Origin: Myxococcales bacterium | Lineage (GTDB): Bacteria; Myxococcota_A; Polyangia; Polyangiales; DASUME01 | Direction: 5' to 3' | Assembly (NCBI GenBank): GCA_047601445.1 | Contig: JASGJH010000001.1 | Coordinates: 8,640,001 to 8,704,000, forward strand | DNA: 64,000 nucleotides | Part shown: piece by piece, positions 1 through 10,280 of the stretch | Layout of the letters: each line of letters begins with the position of its first letter | How positions within the stretch are numbered: the first letter of the stretch is position 1 | The notes under the pieces: generated by a model | The model's input: the letters and a program-made list of their open reading frames with translations, nothing else | What the model was told of the DNA's origin: nothing | Databases searched by the model: none | Translations under genes and position numbers: made by a program

Positions 1-4
1 GTTA

Positions 5-36
5 GGCAACTCTTGCTTAGCTGGGCAGGAGTTGCC
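5..36. promoter_or_regulatory. Inverted repeat GGCAACTCTTGC-N8-GCAGGAGTTGCC, candidate enhancer (UAS) for the adjacent sigma54 promoter
   Basis: 12-bp dyad with one mismatch, 43 bp upstream of a sigma54 -24 box; GGCAACTCTTGCTT recurs at 28093-28106. Confidence 0.45.
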
Positions 37-78
37 CAGAAAAGGCTGCCAACACACGCAAAACGGGCCTATTTTCGC

Positions 79-94
79 TGGCATAACGGTTGCA
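79..94 (+). promoter_or_regulatory. sigma54 (-24/-12) promoter
   Basis: TGGCATAACGGTTGCA has exact GG-N10-GC spacing, upstream of the CDS at 149. Confidence 0.75.
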
Positions 95-148
95 GCGCCG
101 TGAGTTACCGCCCTCAGACGGCAACTCCCACTAACCCCCGGTGCTCCC

Positions 149-838
149 ATGTTCCAGCGCGGCTTTTTCTTGTTGGTCATTCGCGATGACGGTCTTGCTC
201 AATCCCTGAGCGAGCCGATCCAGCGCTACAGCGTGGTTCGACGTGCTCGCTCCTATCGCGAGGCGCTCACCATGCTGGTGCCGCGCGCCCGTTGGTCCGG
301 CCTGGTGGTCGACCTGGACGGGTTCGACGCCAACCCGCTCGAGACCATGAAGTGCATGCGCGAAGCTCACCCGCTGGTCCCCGTGCTGGCGCTCGCGTCC
401 ACGGCGGTGCCCGAGTTGATCAACGGCCTGCACGCCTACCGCGCCGAGTTGGTGCTCAAGCCGCTCGGTGAGACCAACATCATCAGCTTCGTCCAGCGCG
501 CGCTGGTGAGTGGCTGGTTGCCCGACGAGCGCGTCGCGGCGTGGGTGGATGAGCTGGCCCGTCGTCGCAGCCTGACGCCTCGCGAAGTTCAGCTGGTGGC
601 CTACGCCCTCGGCAACGAGTCGCGCCAGAAGGTCATCCGTCGTCTCGGCATCAGCGAGAACACGCTGAAGACGCAGGTCCGCGCGCTGCTCCGCAAGTGC
701 AACGCACGCTCCATGGACAGCCTGGCCAAGGTGGTCCTGCGCGACGCCCTGGTGTTCGAGACCTTGCCCGACGAGTCCAACGAGGAAGAGGAGATTTTCG
801 AGGAGACCCCGGCGCCTGATCTCGTTGTCAGCGCCTGA
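149..838 (+). CDS. Response regulator-like protein, divergent REC domain plus LuxR-type HTH
   Basis: REC-like LLVIRDD..GLVVD..LKP; C-terminal LTPREVQLV..LGISENTLKTQVRALLRK matches the LuxR/NarL HTH. Confidence 0.8.
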   Translation: MFQRGFFLLVIRDDGLAQSLSEPIQRYSVVRRARSYREALTMLVPRARWSGLVVDLDGFDANPLETMKCMREAHPLVPVLALASTAVPELINGLHAYRAELVLKPLGETNIISFVQRALVSGWLPDERVAAWVDELARRRSLTPREVQLVAYALGNESRQKVIRRLGISENTLKTQVRALLRKCNARSMDSLAKVVLRDALVFETLPDESNEEEEIFEETPAPDLVVSA

Positions 839-876
839 GCGAGTCGTCGCTTCGAGCGGGCGTCTTACGCTCCAGG

Positions 877-979
877 AAGGCCGCATGCACACGCTGCACG
901 CGGCCTTTTCTTTTGAGCTCGCATTTCACACGAAAGGCCGCATGCACACGTTGGATGCGGCTCTTCTCTTTTGCGCTCG
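877..979 (+). terminator. Two tandem, near-duplicate hairpin plus U-tract elements
   Basis: AAGGCCGCATGCACACG..GCGGC..TTTT at 877-921 and again at 934-979. Confidence 0.6.
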
Positions 980-1104
980 GCAAGAACCCGCTCGACACCG
1001 CGCTTTGGGACCTGCGCACAGCGGGGTACGCAAGGTACGTCGAGCAAGTTTTGCGCGAGTTCGCGAAGCTTGCTCAGAACGGGCTCATTTGGGGGCATTT
1101 TGTT

Positions 1105-1120
1105 CGGCACGGTCGTTGCG
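1105..1120 (+). promoter_or_regulatory. sigma54 (-24/-12) promoter
   Basis: CGGCACGGTCGTTGCG, GG-N10-GC, upstream of the CDS at 1192. Confidence 0.7.
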
Positions 1121-1191
1121 AAGGAGTCCAATCACGAAGCCGATGACCTCGGCGACAACCTCCCAACCCGAACTACGTTCCAGAGGCTACC

Positions 1192-1860
1192 ATGACCGTC
1201 CGAAATCGTGATCTGTTCCTGCTCGTGAGTGACGACGCCCTGCTCGTGCGCACGCTGACTCAGCTCACGGCGGATCGCGCGGAGCTCGTCGATGGAAAAG
1301 CAGCCGACGAGATGAGCCGCGACGACCGCGCTCGCGTGCGCGCCGTATTCGTGGATGGGGCGCTCTTCAAGCAGAACGCGGTGCGCGAGCTCACTCGCCT
1401 GCGCAACAGCTTCCCGCTCGCTCACATGATGTTCATCGCCACGCCGGCGCAGACGCACCTGCTCAACGAGATCCAGCCGATGCGCGTGGAGCTCTTCGCG
1501 CGGCCTCTGCCGCAGAGTGCGTTGGTGCCGTTCATCGATCGCGCCCTGTCTGCCGGTCGCTTGTCGGACCGCAGCATGCGCGCCTGGATCGAAGAGATGG
1601 CGGGAGAGTGCCGGCTCACGCGTCGCGACGTCGACCTGATGCCGCTGGTGCTCGAGGAGGAGACGCCCGACGCGACGTGCGCACGCTTGGGACTCGACGA
1701 GGCCGCGCTGCAGCGCTCACTCCGCAGGCTCGTGAAGAAGTGCCGCGTGCGCAACACCGATCGCCTCGCGAAGAACATGATGCGCGACGCGCTCCTGTTC
1801 AGCCGCGAGCTCACGGCTGACCTGATCGAGCCGATGGCGGCGCGCGCTGCTTCCTTCTGA
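1192..1860 (+). CDS. Degenerate REC plus LuxR-HTH regulator, paralogue of 149..838
   Basis: Colinear with the upstream gene (FIDRALSAG vs FVQRALVSG, RLTRRD vs SLTPRE, KKC..RDAL vs RKC..RDAL). Confidence 0.7.
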   Translation: MTVRNRDLFLLVSDDALLVRTLTQLTADRAELVDGKAADEMSRDDRARVRAVFVDGALFKQNAVRELTRLRNSFPLAHMMFIATPAQTHLLNEIQPMRVELFARPLPQSALVPFIDRALSAGRLSDRSMRAWIEEMAGECRLTRRDVDLMPLVLEEETPDATCARLGLDEAALQRSLRRLVKKCRVRNTDRLAKNMMRDALLFSRELTADLIEPMAARAASF

Positions 1861-1919
1861 GCGCGTTGCACACGGGGCGTTCTCCCTGCAGGATCCCGGT
1901 CCTGGTAGTCGGAGGCCTC

Positions 1920-2801
1920 ATGAGCAAAGTACTCGAAGAGCTGGTCCAGCAACTGGCACTCGAGCGCATCGAAGAAAATCTGTTTCGCGGCCAGAGCCAA
2001 GACTTGGGCTGGGGGCGCGTGTTCGGTGGACAAGTGCTGGGGCAAGCGCTCTCGGCGGCCGTCCAGACCGTGCCTCAGGAACGCAAGGTGCACTCGCTGC
2101 ACTCGTATTTCCTGCGACCCGGCAACGTGAACAAGCCCATCGTTTACGAAGTGGATCGCATTCGTGATGGCGGTTCGTTCACCACCCGGCGCGTCGTCGC
2201 GGTTCAGGGGGGCAAGCCGATCTTCAACATGCAGGCCTCCTTCCACGTTCCCGAGCCCGGCTTCGATCACCAGGACATCATGCCGGAGGCGCCGCCCCCC
2301 GACGGGCTCAAGAGCGAGCACGAGCGGATGGACGAGCGCACCAAGCACTGGTCCGAGTCCATGCGCTCGAAGGTGCTCGCACCACGGCCCTTCGAGCTGC
2401 GCCCCACCGACCCCGACGACGATCCATTCGTGATTACACCGCGGCCGCCCAAGCGCTCGATCTGGATCCGCGCCGCCGCACGTTTGCCCGATGACGACGC
2501 GCTGCACGCCTATCTGCTGGCCTACGTGTCCGACTTTTCGTTCGTGAGCACTGCCCTCCTGCCGCACGGAGTGACCTGGATGGCGACGCCCGGGATGCAC
2601 ATCGCGAGTCTCGACCACATCATGTGGTTTCACAGACCGTTCCGCGTGGACGAGTGGCTGCTCTACGACATCGAGAGTCCTTCGGCGCGCGGAGCCCGAG
2701 GTCTCGTTCACGGGCGTGTGTTTACGCAAGACGGGCGCTTGGTGGCTTCCACGGCGCAGGAAGGTTTGCTGCGCTACCGTCCGCCCTCGCCGCAGGGCTG
2801 A
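1920..2801 (+). CDS. tesB: Acyl-CoA thioesterase II
   Basis: RVFGGQVLGQAL, HSLHSYFLRPG, ASLDHIMWFHRP and QEGL motifs; GGAGG RBS before ATG 1920. Confidence 0.93.
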   Translation: MSKVLEELVQQLALERIEENLFRGQSQDLGWGRVFGGQVLGQALSAAVQTVPQERKVHSLHSYFLRPGNVNKPIVYEVDRIRDGGSFTTRRVVAVQGGKPIFNMQASFHVPEPGFDHQDIMPEAPPPDGLKSEHERMDERTKHWSESMRSKVLAPRPFELRPTDPDDDPFVITPRPPKRSIWIRAAARLPDDDALHAYLLAYVSDFSFVSTALLPHGVTWMATPGMHIASLDHIMWFHRPFRVDEWLLYDIESPSARGARGLVHGRVFTQDGRLVASTAQEGLLRYRPPSPQG

Positions 2802-2868
2802 GCACGTCACCCCCAACCGTCACGTGCAGGATCGGGATCACGAGCCCTTCTTGGGGTAGATTCTTCCT

Positions 2869-3417
2869 ATGACCTCCATTCGTCGTCACTTGGGCGCACT
2901 GCTCGGGGCCATGGCCGCTGCGCTATGGGCCGGCGCTGCGGGCGAGCTGCATGCGCAGGACAGCCAAAGCAAGAGCAACAAGCCCCTGGCGTGCGCGGTG
3001 GTCGGCACGGGGAGTACCGAGCGCTCCGAGCAGCTTTGTCTGGGCTTGGGCCAGCAGCTCGGCCGCCATACCGTGTTGGTCGACGATGGCAGCAACGTGC
3101 GTCGCGGTGAGTCCATCCACATCGTGCAGGGCGACGTCGCGTGGACCGTGGTGTGGCTGAAGGACGGCAGTCCGCGCGCCTTCACGCGTGTATCAGCGGT
3201 CGACGCCGCGGGGCGTGAGGTGCTGTTCTTGGCCCGCGCCTCGCGCGTGCTCAGTCGCGAGGCCAACAAGCCTACGGCTGGCTGCGTGCGTGTGGAGCCC
3301 AATGGTGGGCGCGTCATGCGCTCGCCGGACCTCGCCTATCCCTGGGTTAGCCTCAAGCGTTGTCGAGCCGAGGTGGTCGATGTGATCGACCCCTGGTGGA
3401 CCTCGCCGCACGGCTGA
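2869..3417 (+). CDS. Hypothetical secreted protein
   Basis: Signal-peptide-like N-terminus (LHA|Q), four Cys, good codon pattern, follows tesB. Confidence 0.6.
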   Translation: MTSIRRHLGALLGAMAAALWAGAAGELHAQDSQSKSNKPLACAVVGTGSTERSEQLCLGLGQQLGRHTVLVDDGSNVRRGESIHIVQGDVAWTVVWLKDGSPRAFTRVSAVDAAGREVLFLARASRVLSREANKPTAGCVRVEPNGGRVMRSPDLAYPWVSLKRCRAEVVDVIDPWWTSPHG

Positions 3418-3438
3418 CTTCCTGCGATTGGGTTCGCT

Positions 3439-4749
3439 CTACTGAGCGGCGATCTCGGTGCTGCTGGGCGCGACTTCGCCGATGGCGACCGACGCGATAT
3501 GCGCAGCGACGAGACCCCACAAATGGAAGAACTCGTCGTCGCCGAAGTGCGCACCCGAGCGGAAAAGTCCGCCACGTTGACAGAGCTCTGGTGCGAGCGG
3601 AGAGCGCCGGTCGTAGTAGCCCAGGACGTCGGCGTGGTCGGCGATGACCAGAGCAGCGAGGGCATGCTCCTGGTTCGTGCGCGTGGTCAGCAGCTGGCGT
3701 ACCGCGTTCACGATTCCGTCGTTGGCCGATAGATCGAAGGCCGGAACGCGGGCACTCGGATGCCGCACCACGCGGTCTGCGGACACGCCTCGCAGCAGCT
3801 TCTGGGCTTGAACCAAGGCGAGCGGCGCGTCCACCAAGCTTCGCGAACCAGTGAGTGAATGCAGCGCCGCGAACAAGCGGTCGGGTTGGCGTAGAACGCC
3901 GCCCTCTTCCGTGGTGAGCTCAGGCGCGCTGACGACGATGCTCTGCACGCTGGCCTCGAGCGCTGGGTCCGGAGGATTGTGGGCGCGGAGTGCCTGCATC
4001 GAATGCGGCATCAGCTCCGACATCAAGGTGCCTTCGCGCAGCAGCTTGAACATCAGGGGCAGAGCGCCGAGCGCGTTGTCGCGCCTGGGCCGCCGCAACC
4101 GCGTCAGCAGCTCTCGGATCAGCGAACTGGCTACGCCTGCGACTTGACGCAGGCCTTGCATGTCGAGGCTCTGTGGCCGTTGGCGTCCCGCGAGCAGCGG
4201 CTGCTCGGCCAAGTGGGTGCCGTAGTGAGGAGCCCCGATGGTCAACACGGACGTCACTCGCTCTCGCAGATGGGACGGATCGAGATCGTGCCAGGTGGCT
4301 CCCGTCTTCAACGGCAAGGTCGCCGTCAGCAGCTCCGCGTCGACCCCGCCAGGGCCGTGTCCCACGAGGTGGAACTGACGCACGCCACGCAGTGCGCCAT
4401 CGAGGGCCTCGAGGTGTCGCAGCAGCTGCCGCTGTCGCGTCGCAAAGTTGCAGGCGTTGCTAGCGGGCAGCGAAACCACCGGGATCGGCAGTCCGCAGTG
4501 GGCCTCGAGGGCGGCGCGCAGGATGCCAGCCACGCGCGCGTTCGCTTCACCACGCTCGCCCGCTCGCGTGAGGACGCTCCCAGCGCCCGGAGCGAAATCG
4601 AGGAACCCGGGAACGAGTACGACCACGTGCTGACGTGCACCGACGGCCATGAAGATCCTCTTCTTCTGCCTGGGCGAAGCTGCCCTGGGCTCTGCGGGGG
4701 CGCTGAAGGGCTGCCCTGTCGTCCCCGTGACCGCGCTCAATGGGCCCAA
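3439..4749 (-). CDS. Alpha/beta-hydrolase (lipase-like) with altered nucleophile elbow; alternative start at 4650
   Basis: VVLVPGF, FHLVGHGPGG, TIGAPHYGT, NDGIV and DHADVLG motifs of family I-like lipases. Confidence 0.75.
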   Translation of the reverse strand: MGPLSAVTGTTGQPFSAPAEPRAASPRQKKRIFMAVGARQHVVVLVPGFLDFAPGAGSVLTRAGERGEANARVAGILRAALEAHCGLPIPVVSLPASNACNFATRQRQLLRHLEALDGALRGVRQFHLVGHGPGGVDAELLTATLPLKTGATWHDLDPSHLRERVTSVLTIGAPHYGTHLAEQPLLAGRQRPQSLDMQGLRQVAGVASSLIRELLTRLRRPRRDNALGALPLMFKLLREGTLMSELMPHSMQALRAHNPPDPALEASVQSIVVSAPELTTEEGGVLRQPDRLFAALHSLTGSRSLVDAPLALVQAQKLLRGVSADRVVRHPSARVPAFDLSANDGIVNAVRQLLTTRTNQEHALAALVIADHADVLGYYDRRSPLAPELCQRGGLFRSGAHFGDDEFFHLWGLVAAHIASVAIGEVAPSSTEIAAQ

Positions 4750-4776
4750 AAGTGGCTCAAACGGGTCATCTAAGCG

Positions 4777-4805
4777 AAGCTAACCGTGCGCCTCCGGCGT
4801 GTCAA
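4777..4805 (-). promoter_or_regulatory. sigma70-type promoter for the lipase-like gene
   Basis: Minus strand TTGACA-N17-TAGCTT. Confidence 0.55.
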
Positions 4806-5069
4806 ACGCCGTCTACGCTTCGAATGGGCCATGCTTTCTCGCACACGCCGGGTTGGGAACGGCTGAAGTTCACGCTGCGAGTTCCGCCGGAGCACACGGA
4901 GTCTGACCCGGCAATAGTTCCAAGATTGGAGCAAAATACGGCCCTCCGAGCCCCTGTCTCGGGACCGTATGCAGGCTTGCGTGCAGCTGGCTGGCGGCGG
5001 GGCGAAACCGTGAGAAGCATCGCTCTTTAGCCGTTGCCTGCTGGCTTGGATGCGGGCCCAAGCTAGCGT

Positions 5070-5085
5070 GGGCAGGTAGCTTGCA
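5070..5085 (+). promoter_or_regulatory. Candidate sigma54 promoter upstream of fabH
   Basis: GGGCAGGTAGCTTGCA, GG-N10-GC with TTGCA at -12. Confidence 0.5.
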
Positions 5086-5170
5086 AAGGCCGCTCGGTTG
5101 CGTGTGCAGGCATGCGCTTTGTCGGGTGCCCGCGATGGTGCTGAACTATATTGCTCGCTCACGAGGGAAG

Positions 5171-6196
5171 ATGCCGAACGCATTTATTTCGGGCACTGGT
5201 TTCTATGCACCGCCACGTGTTGTCACGAACGACGACCTGCGGACTCAGTACGGTCTGGACACGACGCACGACTGGATTGTTCAGCGCACCGGCATCGAGG
5301 AACGCCGTTTCGCCGAAGAGGGTGTCGGCAGCGCCGACCTCGCGGTGCCCGCTGTCGAGGCCGCGCTCAAGCGCGCCGGCTTGGAGAAGCGTGACATCGG
5401 CATGCTGATCTTCTGCACGCTCTCTCCCGAGCACTGTTTCCCGGGGTCCGGCGTGTTTCTGCAGCGCAAGCTCGGCTTCTGCGACATGGGGCACTTCGTT
5501 CCGGCGCTCGACGTCCGCAACCAGTGTTCTGGCTTCTTGTACGGTCTCTCCGTCGCCAACGCGATGGTGCGCTCCGGGACCTACAAGCACGTCCTGGTCG
5601 TGGGCGCCGAGACCCACTCGGCAGCGCTCGATCTCACCACGCGCGGCCGCCAGGTCGCGTCGCTATTCGGGGATGGAGCTGGCGCCGTGGTGGTAAGCGC
5701 CACGGAGGAACAGCGCGGCGTTCGCAGCGTGTACCTGGGAGCCGACGGTCGCTTCGCCGAGGTGCTGTGTCAGAAGGTCTGGGACATCACGAAGCGCCCC
5801 TTCATTCCGCAGAATGCGGAGGGCATCGGGCAGGTGTCGCCGGAGTCCATGTTCGCTCACATGGACGGGAAACAGGTCTTCCGCCACGCCGTGGAGCGCA
5901 TGGTGGGATCCCTGATGCAGGTGATGGCCGCCGAGCAGCTCACGCTCAAGGACATCGACCTTTTCCTTTTCCACCAGGCCAATCTGCGCATCAACCAGTA
6001 CATCCAGCAGGCCATCGGCGCGCCCGAGGACAAGTTCTTCAACAACATCATGCGCTACGGCAACACAACCGCCGCGACGCTCCCGAGCCTGCTCTACGAA
6101 GCGGAAGAAGCGGGCAAGCTGAAGCGTGGCATGAAGGTGGCCATGGTCGCGTTCGGCTCGGGCTTCACCTGGGGTTCGGCGATCCTCGAATGGTGA
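5171..6196 (+). CDS. fabH: 3-oxoacyl-ACP synthase III family protein
   Basis: RTGIEERR, NQCSGF (catalytic Cys), LFGDGAGA, HQAN, YGNT, FGSGFTWG. Confidence 0.9.
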   Translation: MPNAFISGTGFYAPPRVVTNDDLRTQYGLDTTHDWIVQRTGIEERRFAEEGVGSADLAVPAVEAALKRAGLEKRDIGMLIFCTLSPEHCFPGSGVFLQRKLGFCDMGHFVPALDVRNQCSGFLYGLSVANAMVRSGTYKHVLVVGAETHSAALDLTTRGRQVASLFGDGAGAVVVSATEEQRGVRSVYLGADGRFAEVLCQKVWDITKRPFIPQNAEGIGQVSPESMFAHMDGKQVFRHAVERMVGSLMQVMAAEQLTLKDIDLFLFHQANLRINQYIQQAIGAPEDKFFNNIMRYGNTTAATLPSLLYEAEEAGKLKRGMKVAMVAFGSGFTWGSAILEW

Positions 6197-6251
6197 GGGC
6201 GACGCCTGCGGCCCGTGACCGGGCCGAGCGTGAGCCCACTGCGCGTTTTTG

Positions 6252-6281
6252 ACGGCCGTGCTTCTGCGCACGGCCGTTTGC
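6252..6281. terminator. Hairpin between convergent fabH and purL
   Basis: Perfect 10-bp stem ACGGCCGTGC/GCACGGCCGT followed by a short T tract. Confidence 0.45.
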
Positions 6282-6324
6282 TTCGTCCGCGGTCAGCCTA
6301 CGTCCATTTTGTTCGGGCCTGCGG

Positions 6325-9300
6325 TCAGCCCACGGCCACGCGCGCATTGCGGAACAGGCGCAGCCAGGGGCCGTCCTCGCGCCAAGCTGCAGGGCGCCAG
6401 GAGTACTGAACGGCGCGGAACACGCGCTCCGGGTGGGGCATCATGATGGTGACCCGACCGTCGGGCGTAGTGAGCGCAGTGAGCGCGCCCGGGGATCCGT
6501 TGGGGTTGAAGGGATAGCGCTGGGTGGGCGCGCCGTGGTTGTCCACGAAGCGGGCGGCGACGACGCCGGAACGCTCGAGCGCTTCGCGTGAGGCCTCCGA
6601 AGCGAACTCTGCGCGGCCTTCGCCGTGGGCCACCGTGATGGGGAGCACCGAGCCTTCCATGCCCTGGAAGAACAGTGAGGGCGACTTCTCCACGCGCACT
6701 AGCGACAAGCGCGCCTCGAATTGCTCGGAACGATTGCGCACGAAGCGGGGCCAGTTCTCGGCGCCCTGGATCAAGTCCTTGAGGTTCGACATCATCTGGC
6801 AGCCGTTGCAGACCCCGAGCGCGAAGGTGTCGCCGCGCGCGAAGAAGGCGGCGAAGGCGTCGCGCGCGCGCGCATTGAACAAGATCGACTTGGCCCAACC
6901 TTCGCCCGCGCCGAGCACGTCGCCATAGGAGAAACCGCCGCACGCGGCGATGCCCTTGAAGGCGCCGAGGTCGACGCGGCCGGACAGCACGTCGCTCATG
7001 TGCACGTCGACGGCGGTGAAGCCGGCGCGATCGAAGGCGGCGGCCATCTCCACCTGTCCGTTTACGCCTTGCTCCCGCAGGATGCCCACGGCGGGGCGAA
7101 CTCCGCGCGCGATGTAGGGGGCCGCGACGTCTTGCTCCACGTCGAAGCTCGGCGCGGCGAACTGTCCGGGATCGGTGGGGTCAGTGCGAGCCTGGTGCTC
7201 TTCGGCAGCGCAGCCGGCGTCGTCGCGGATGGCCTGCATCTGGAACGACGTGTCGGACCAGGCCTTGCGCAACTCGTGTCGGCTCTGCCGCAGCAGGGTT
7301 TGACCGGCGCGCACGATGTGCACTTCGTGACCGGAGGTAGCGCGACCGATTTCGTGCAGCAGGCTCTCGAGGCTCGCGGCCCGGGCGATCTCGCGCACCC
7401 GCTGGAGCTTGTCGCGCGGCACTTCGAGCACCGCGCCGAGTTCTTCGTTGAACAGCACGGTGGCAGAGTCACCGGAGAGGCTCGTCAGGTCGAGCTCGAG
7501 CCCGGCGCCTCCCGCAAACGCCATCTCCAACAAGGTCACCACGAGGCCGCCGTCCGAACGATCGTGATAGGCGGTGATGAGTCCTTCGCGGTGGAAGGTC
7601 TGCATGACCTCGAAGAAGCTGCGCAAGCGAGCCGGCTCGTCCACGTCCGGGGCAGCCTCACCAAGGACGCTATGCACCTGGCACAGGGCGCTGCCGCCGA
7701 GTCGCTGTTTGCCAGCGGCTAGATCCACGAACACCAACACCTGGTCGCGCTCCGGGTGCAGCTCCGGAGTCAGCACGCCGCGCACATCGCTAACCGGCGC
7801 GAAGCCCGTGACAATCAGGGACAGCGGGGCGGTCACGCTCTTGGACACACCGTCGGCCTGCCATACGGTGCGCATCGACATGGAGTCCTTGCCCACCGGG
7901 ATCGCGATCCCCAGGGCGGGACACAGTTCCTTGCCCACAGCCTGCACTGCCTCGTAGAGGCGCGCGTCTTCGCCGGGGTAGGAGGCCGCGGCCATCCAGT
8001 TGGCCGACAGCTTGATCCGCCCGAGGTCCGCGATGGGGGCGGCCGCGATGTTGGTCACCACCTCCGCCACCGCCATGCGCGCCGACGCTCCCGCGCTCAG
8101 CAGCGCGAGCGGCGTTCGTTCTCCCATCGCCATCGCCTCGCCCGTGGTGACGTCGTAGCTGGTGGTGGTCACCGCCACGTCCGCCACGGGAACTTGATAG
8201 CGCCCTACCATTTGATCGCGCGTGACCATCCCGGTGACGCTGCGATCCCCGATCGTGATCAAGAAGGTCTTGTCGGCCACGGTGGGTAACGTGAGGACCT
8301 TCTGCAGGCTGCTCGGCAGGTCGAGCTTGCTGGTGTCGAACGCGCGCGTCGGTACCGCGATGCTCTTCACGTCGCGGCGCATCTTGGGGGGCTTTCCCAG
8401 TAGCACCGAGAGCGGCATATCGATGGGGCGATTGCGGAAATGCGCATCTTCCACCACCAGCTGTCCGGCCTCCGTGGCGCGGCCGAGCACGGCGTAGGGT
8501 GCACGCTCGCGCTGACACAGCTCCTCGAAGCGCGCCAGGCCCTCGGCGGACACTGCGAGCACATAGCGCTCCTGGGCTTCGTTGCACCAGATCTCGAGCG
8601 GCGACATGCCCGGTTCGTCGTTGGGAACCTTACGCAACGCGAACTGCGCGCCGCGCTTGGACTCGTTGACCAGCTCGGGCAAGGCGTTGGAGAGTCCTCC
8701 CGCGCCCACGTCGTGGATGGACACGATGGGACTGTCGTCTCCGAGCGAACAGCAGCGGTCGATGACCTCCTGGCAGCGTCGCTGCATCTCGGCGTTGTCA
8801 CGCTGCACCGACGCAAAGTCCAGGTCCTCGGCCGAAGAGCCGGCCGCCACGGAGGAGGCCGCGCCGCCGCCGAGACCAATCAACATGGCAGGCCCGCCGA
8901 GTACCACGATGGCCGCGCCAGCGGGGATCTCCTGCTTCTGCACGTGCTCCGCGCGCACGTTGCCGAAGCCGCCTGCGATCATGATCGGCTTGTGGTAGCC
9001 GCGAACCTCGCGCCCCGCGTGGCCCTCCACTTCGAGCTCGAAGGTGCGGAAGTAGCCGTTGAGGGCAGGGCGCCCGAACTCGTTGTTGAAGGCGGCGCCG
9101 CCGAGCGGGCCGTCGAGCATGATCTCGAGCGCGCTCGCGGTGCGTCCAGGCTTGCCATAGTCCACCTCCCATGAGCGCTCGGCACCGGGGATGCGTAGGT
9201 TCGACACGCTGAAGCCGACCAGGCCCGCCTTGGGCTTGCTGCCGCGACCCACCGCACCTTCGTCGCGAATCTCGCCGCCCGAGCCCGTGGCCGCGCCGGG

Positions 9301-10209
9301 GTAGGGCGAGATCGCGGTCGGATGGTTGTGGGTCTCGACCTTCATCAACATGTGCACCGGCTCCTGATGGGCGCGGTACACGTGGTCGTTCAGATCGGGG
9401 AAGAAGCGGCCCGCTTTCGGGCCCTCGATCACGGCGGCATTGTCCTTGTACGCAGAGAGCACGCCGCCTGGGCTGGCCTCCGTGCTGCGCCGGATCATGC
9501 GGAACAGGGAGTCCGCCTTGGACTCGCCGTCGATCACGTAGTCCGCGTTGAAGATCTTGTGCCGGCAGTGCTCGCTGTTGGCCTGGGCGAACATCATCAA
9601 CTCGACGTCATTGGGATCACGCCCGAGCTCTTGAAAAGCCGAGGCCAAGTAGTCGATCTCGTCCTCCGACAGCGCGAGGCCCATGCTCCGGTTCGCCGCC
9701 ACGAGCGCGGAGCGACCCTCGGACAACAGGGGCACCGAGCGCAGTGGCCTGGGTGCCTCGTGCTTGAACAGCGCATCGAGCTGCGCCTCGCTCTCGAGCA
9801 CCGCCTCGGTCATGCGGTCATGCAAGCATGCGCGCAGCGCCGTGGGATCGGCCGGCGTTCCAGTCCAGGCGTAGCGGATGCCGCGCTCGATACGCCGCAC
9901 GTTCTGCAGCCCGCACAGGTGAGCGATGTCGGTCGCCTTCGATGACCACGGGCTAATGGTGCCCAGGCGCGGCACCACGAACACGCCCTGGGTCGGTCCC
10001 CCGAGCGCTGCAGCCTCCTGCCGGGGTCCATAGCGCAAGAGTTGCCCCAACACGTCGCGCTCGCGCGCGTCGAGCTCACCGGCCACCTCGACCAGATGAA
10101 CGAAGTGAGCGCTCAACCCGCTGATGCCGGGGTTCTGAGCCTGAATGCGCGTGAGGCGCTTTTGGAGACGGGCCGGGGAGAACGCGGGGCTGCCTTGAAG
10201 GACCAACAT
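6325..10209 (-). CDS. purL: Phosphoribosylformylglycinamidine synthase, large fused type
   Basis: [33 protein letters not shown] and glutaminase [13 protein letters not shown]; about 1294 aa from ATG 10209. Confidence 0.97.
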   Translation of the reverse strand: MLVLQGSPAFSPARLQKRLTRIQAQNPGISGLSAHFVHLVEVAGELDARERDVLGQLLRYGPRQEAAALGGPTQGVFVVPRLGTISPWSSKATDIAHLCGLQNVRRIERGIRYAWTGTPADPTALRACLHDRMTEAVLESEAQLDALFKHEAPRPLRSVPLLSEGRSALVAANRSMGLALSEDEIDYLASAFQELGRDPNDVELMMFAQANSEHCRHKIFNADYVIDGESKADSLFRMIRRSTEASPGGVLSAYKDNAAVIEGPKAGRFFPDLNDHVYRAHQEPVHMLMKVETHNHPTAISPYPGAATGSGGEIRDEGAVGRGSKPKAGLVGFSVSNLRIPGAERSWEVDYGKPGRTASALEIMLDGPLGGAAFNNEFGRPALNGYFRTFELEVEGHAGREVRGYHKPIMIAGGFGNVRAEHVQKQEIPAGAAIVVLGGPAMLIGLGGGAASSVAAGSSAEDLDFASVQRDNAEMQRRCQEVIDRCCSLGDDSPIVSIHDVGAGGLSNALPELVNESKRGAQFALRKVPNDEPGMSPLEIWCNEAQERYVLAVSAEGLARFEELCQRERAPYAVLGRATEAGQLVVEDAHFRNRPIDMPLSVLLGKPPKMRRDVKSIAVPTRAFDTSKLDLPSSLQKVLTLPTVADKTFLITIGDRSVTGMVTRDQMVGRYQVPVADVAVTTTSYDVTTGEAMAMGERTPLALLSAGASARMAVAEVVTNIAAAPIADLGRIKLSANWMAAASYPGEDARLYEAVQAVGKELCPALGIAIPVGKDSMSMRTVWQADGVSKSVTAPLSLIVTGFAPVSDVRGVLTPELHPERDQVLVFVDLAAGKQRLGGSALCQVHSVLGEAAPDVDEPARLRSFFEVMQTFHREGLITAYHDRSDGGLVVTLLEMAFAGGAGLELDLTSLSGDSATVLFNEELGAVLEVPRDKLQRVREIARAASLESLLHEIGRATSGHEVHIVRAGQTLLRQSRHELRKAWSDTSFQMQAIRDDAGCAAEEHQARTDPTDPGQFAAPSFDVEQDVAAPYIARGVRPAVGILREQGVNGQVEMAAAFDRAGFTAVDVHMSDVLSGRVDLGAFKGIAACGGFSYGDVLGAGEGWAKSILFNARARDAFAAFFARGDTFALGVCNGCQMMSNLKDLIQGAENWPRFVRNRSEQFEARLSLVRVEKSPSLFFQGMEGSVLPITVAHGEGRAEFASEASREALERSGVVAARFVDNHGAPTQRYPFNPNGSPGALTALTTPDGRVTIMMPHPERVFRAVQYSWRPAAWREDGPWLRLFRNARVAVG

Positions 10210-10280
10210 GCGTCCATCCTGGACCGGAACGTGCCATCGGCAAACCCCATGATGAGTGATATCATCCATCGGAAACGCTA

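Noticed and set aside
592..599. GCTGGTGG occurrences as Chi sites for RecBCD
   Set aside because: Common by-product of Leu-Val codons in GC-rich genes, and Chi is lineage-specific
10220..10236. TGGCACG on the minus strand upstream of purL as a sigma54 promoter
   Set aside because: There is no GC at the -12 position
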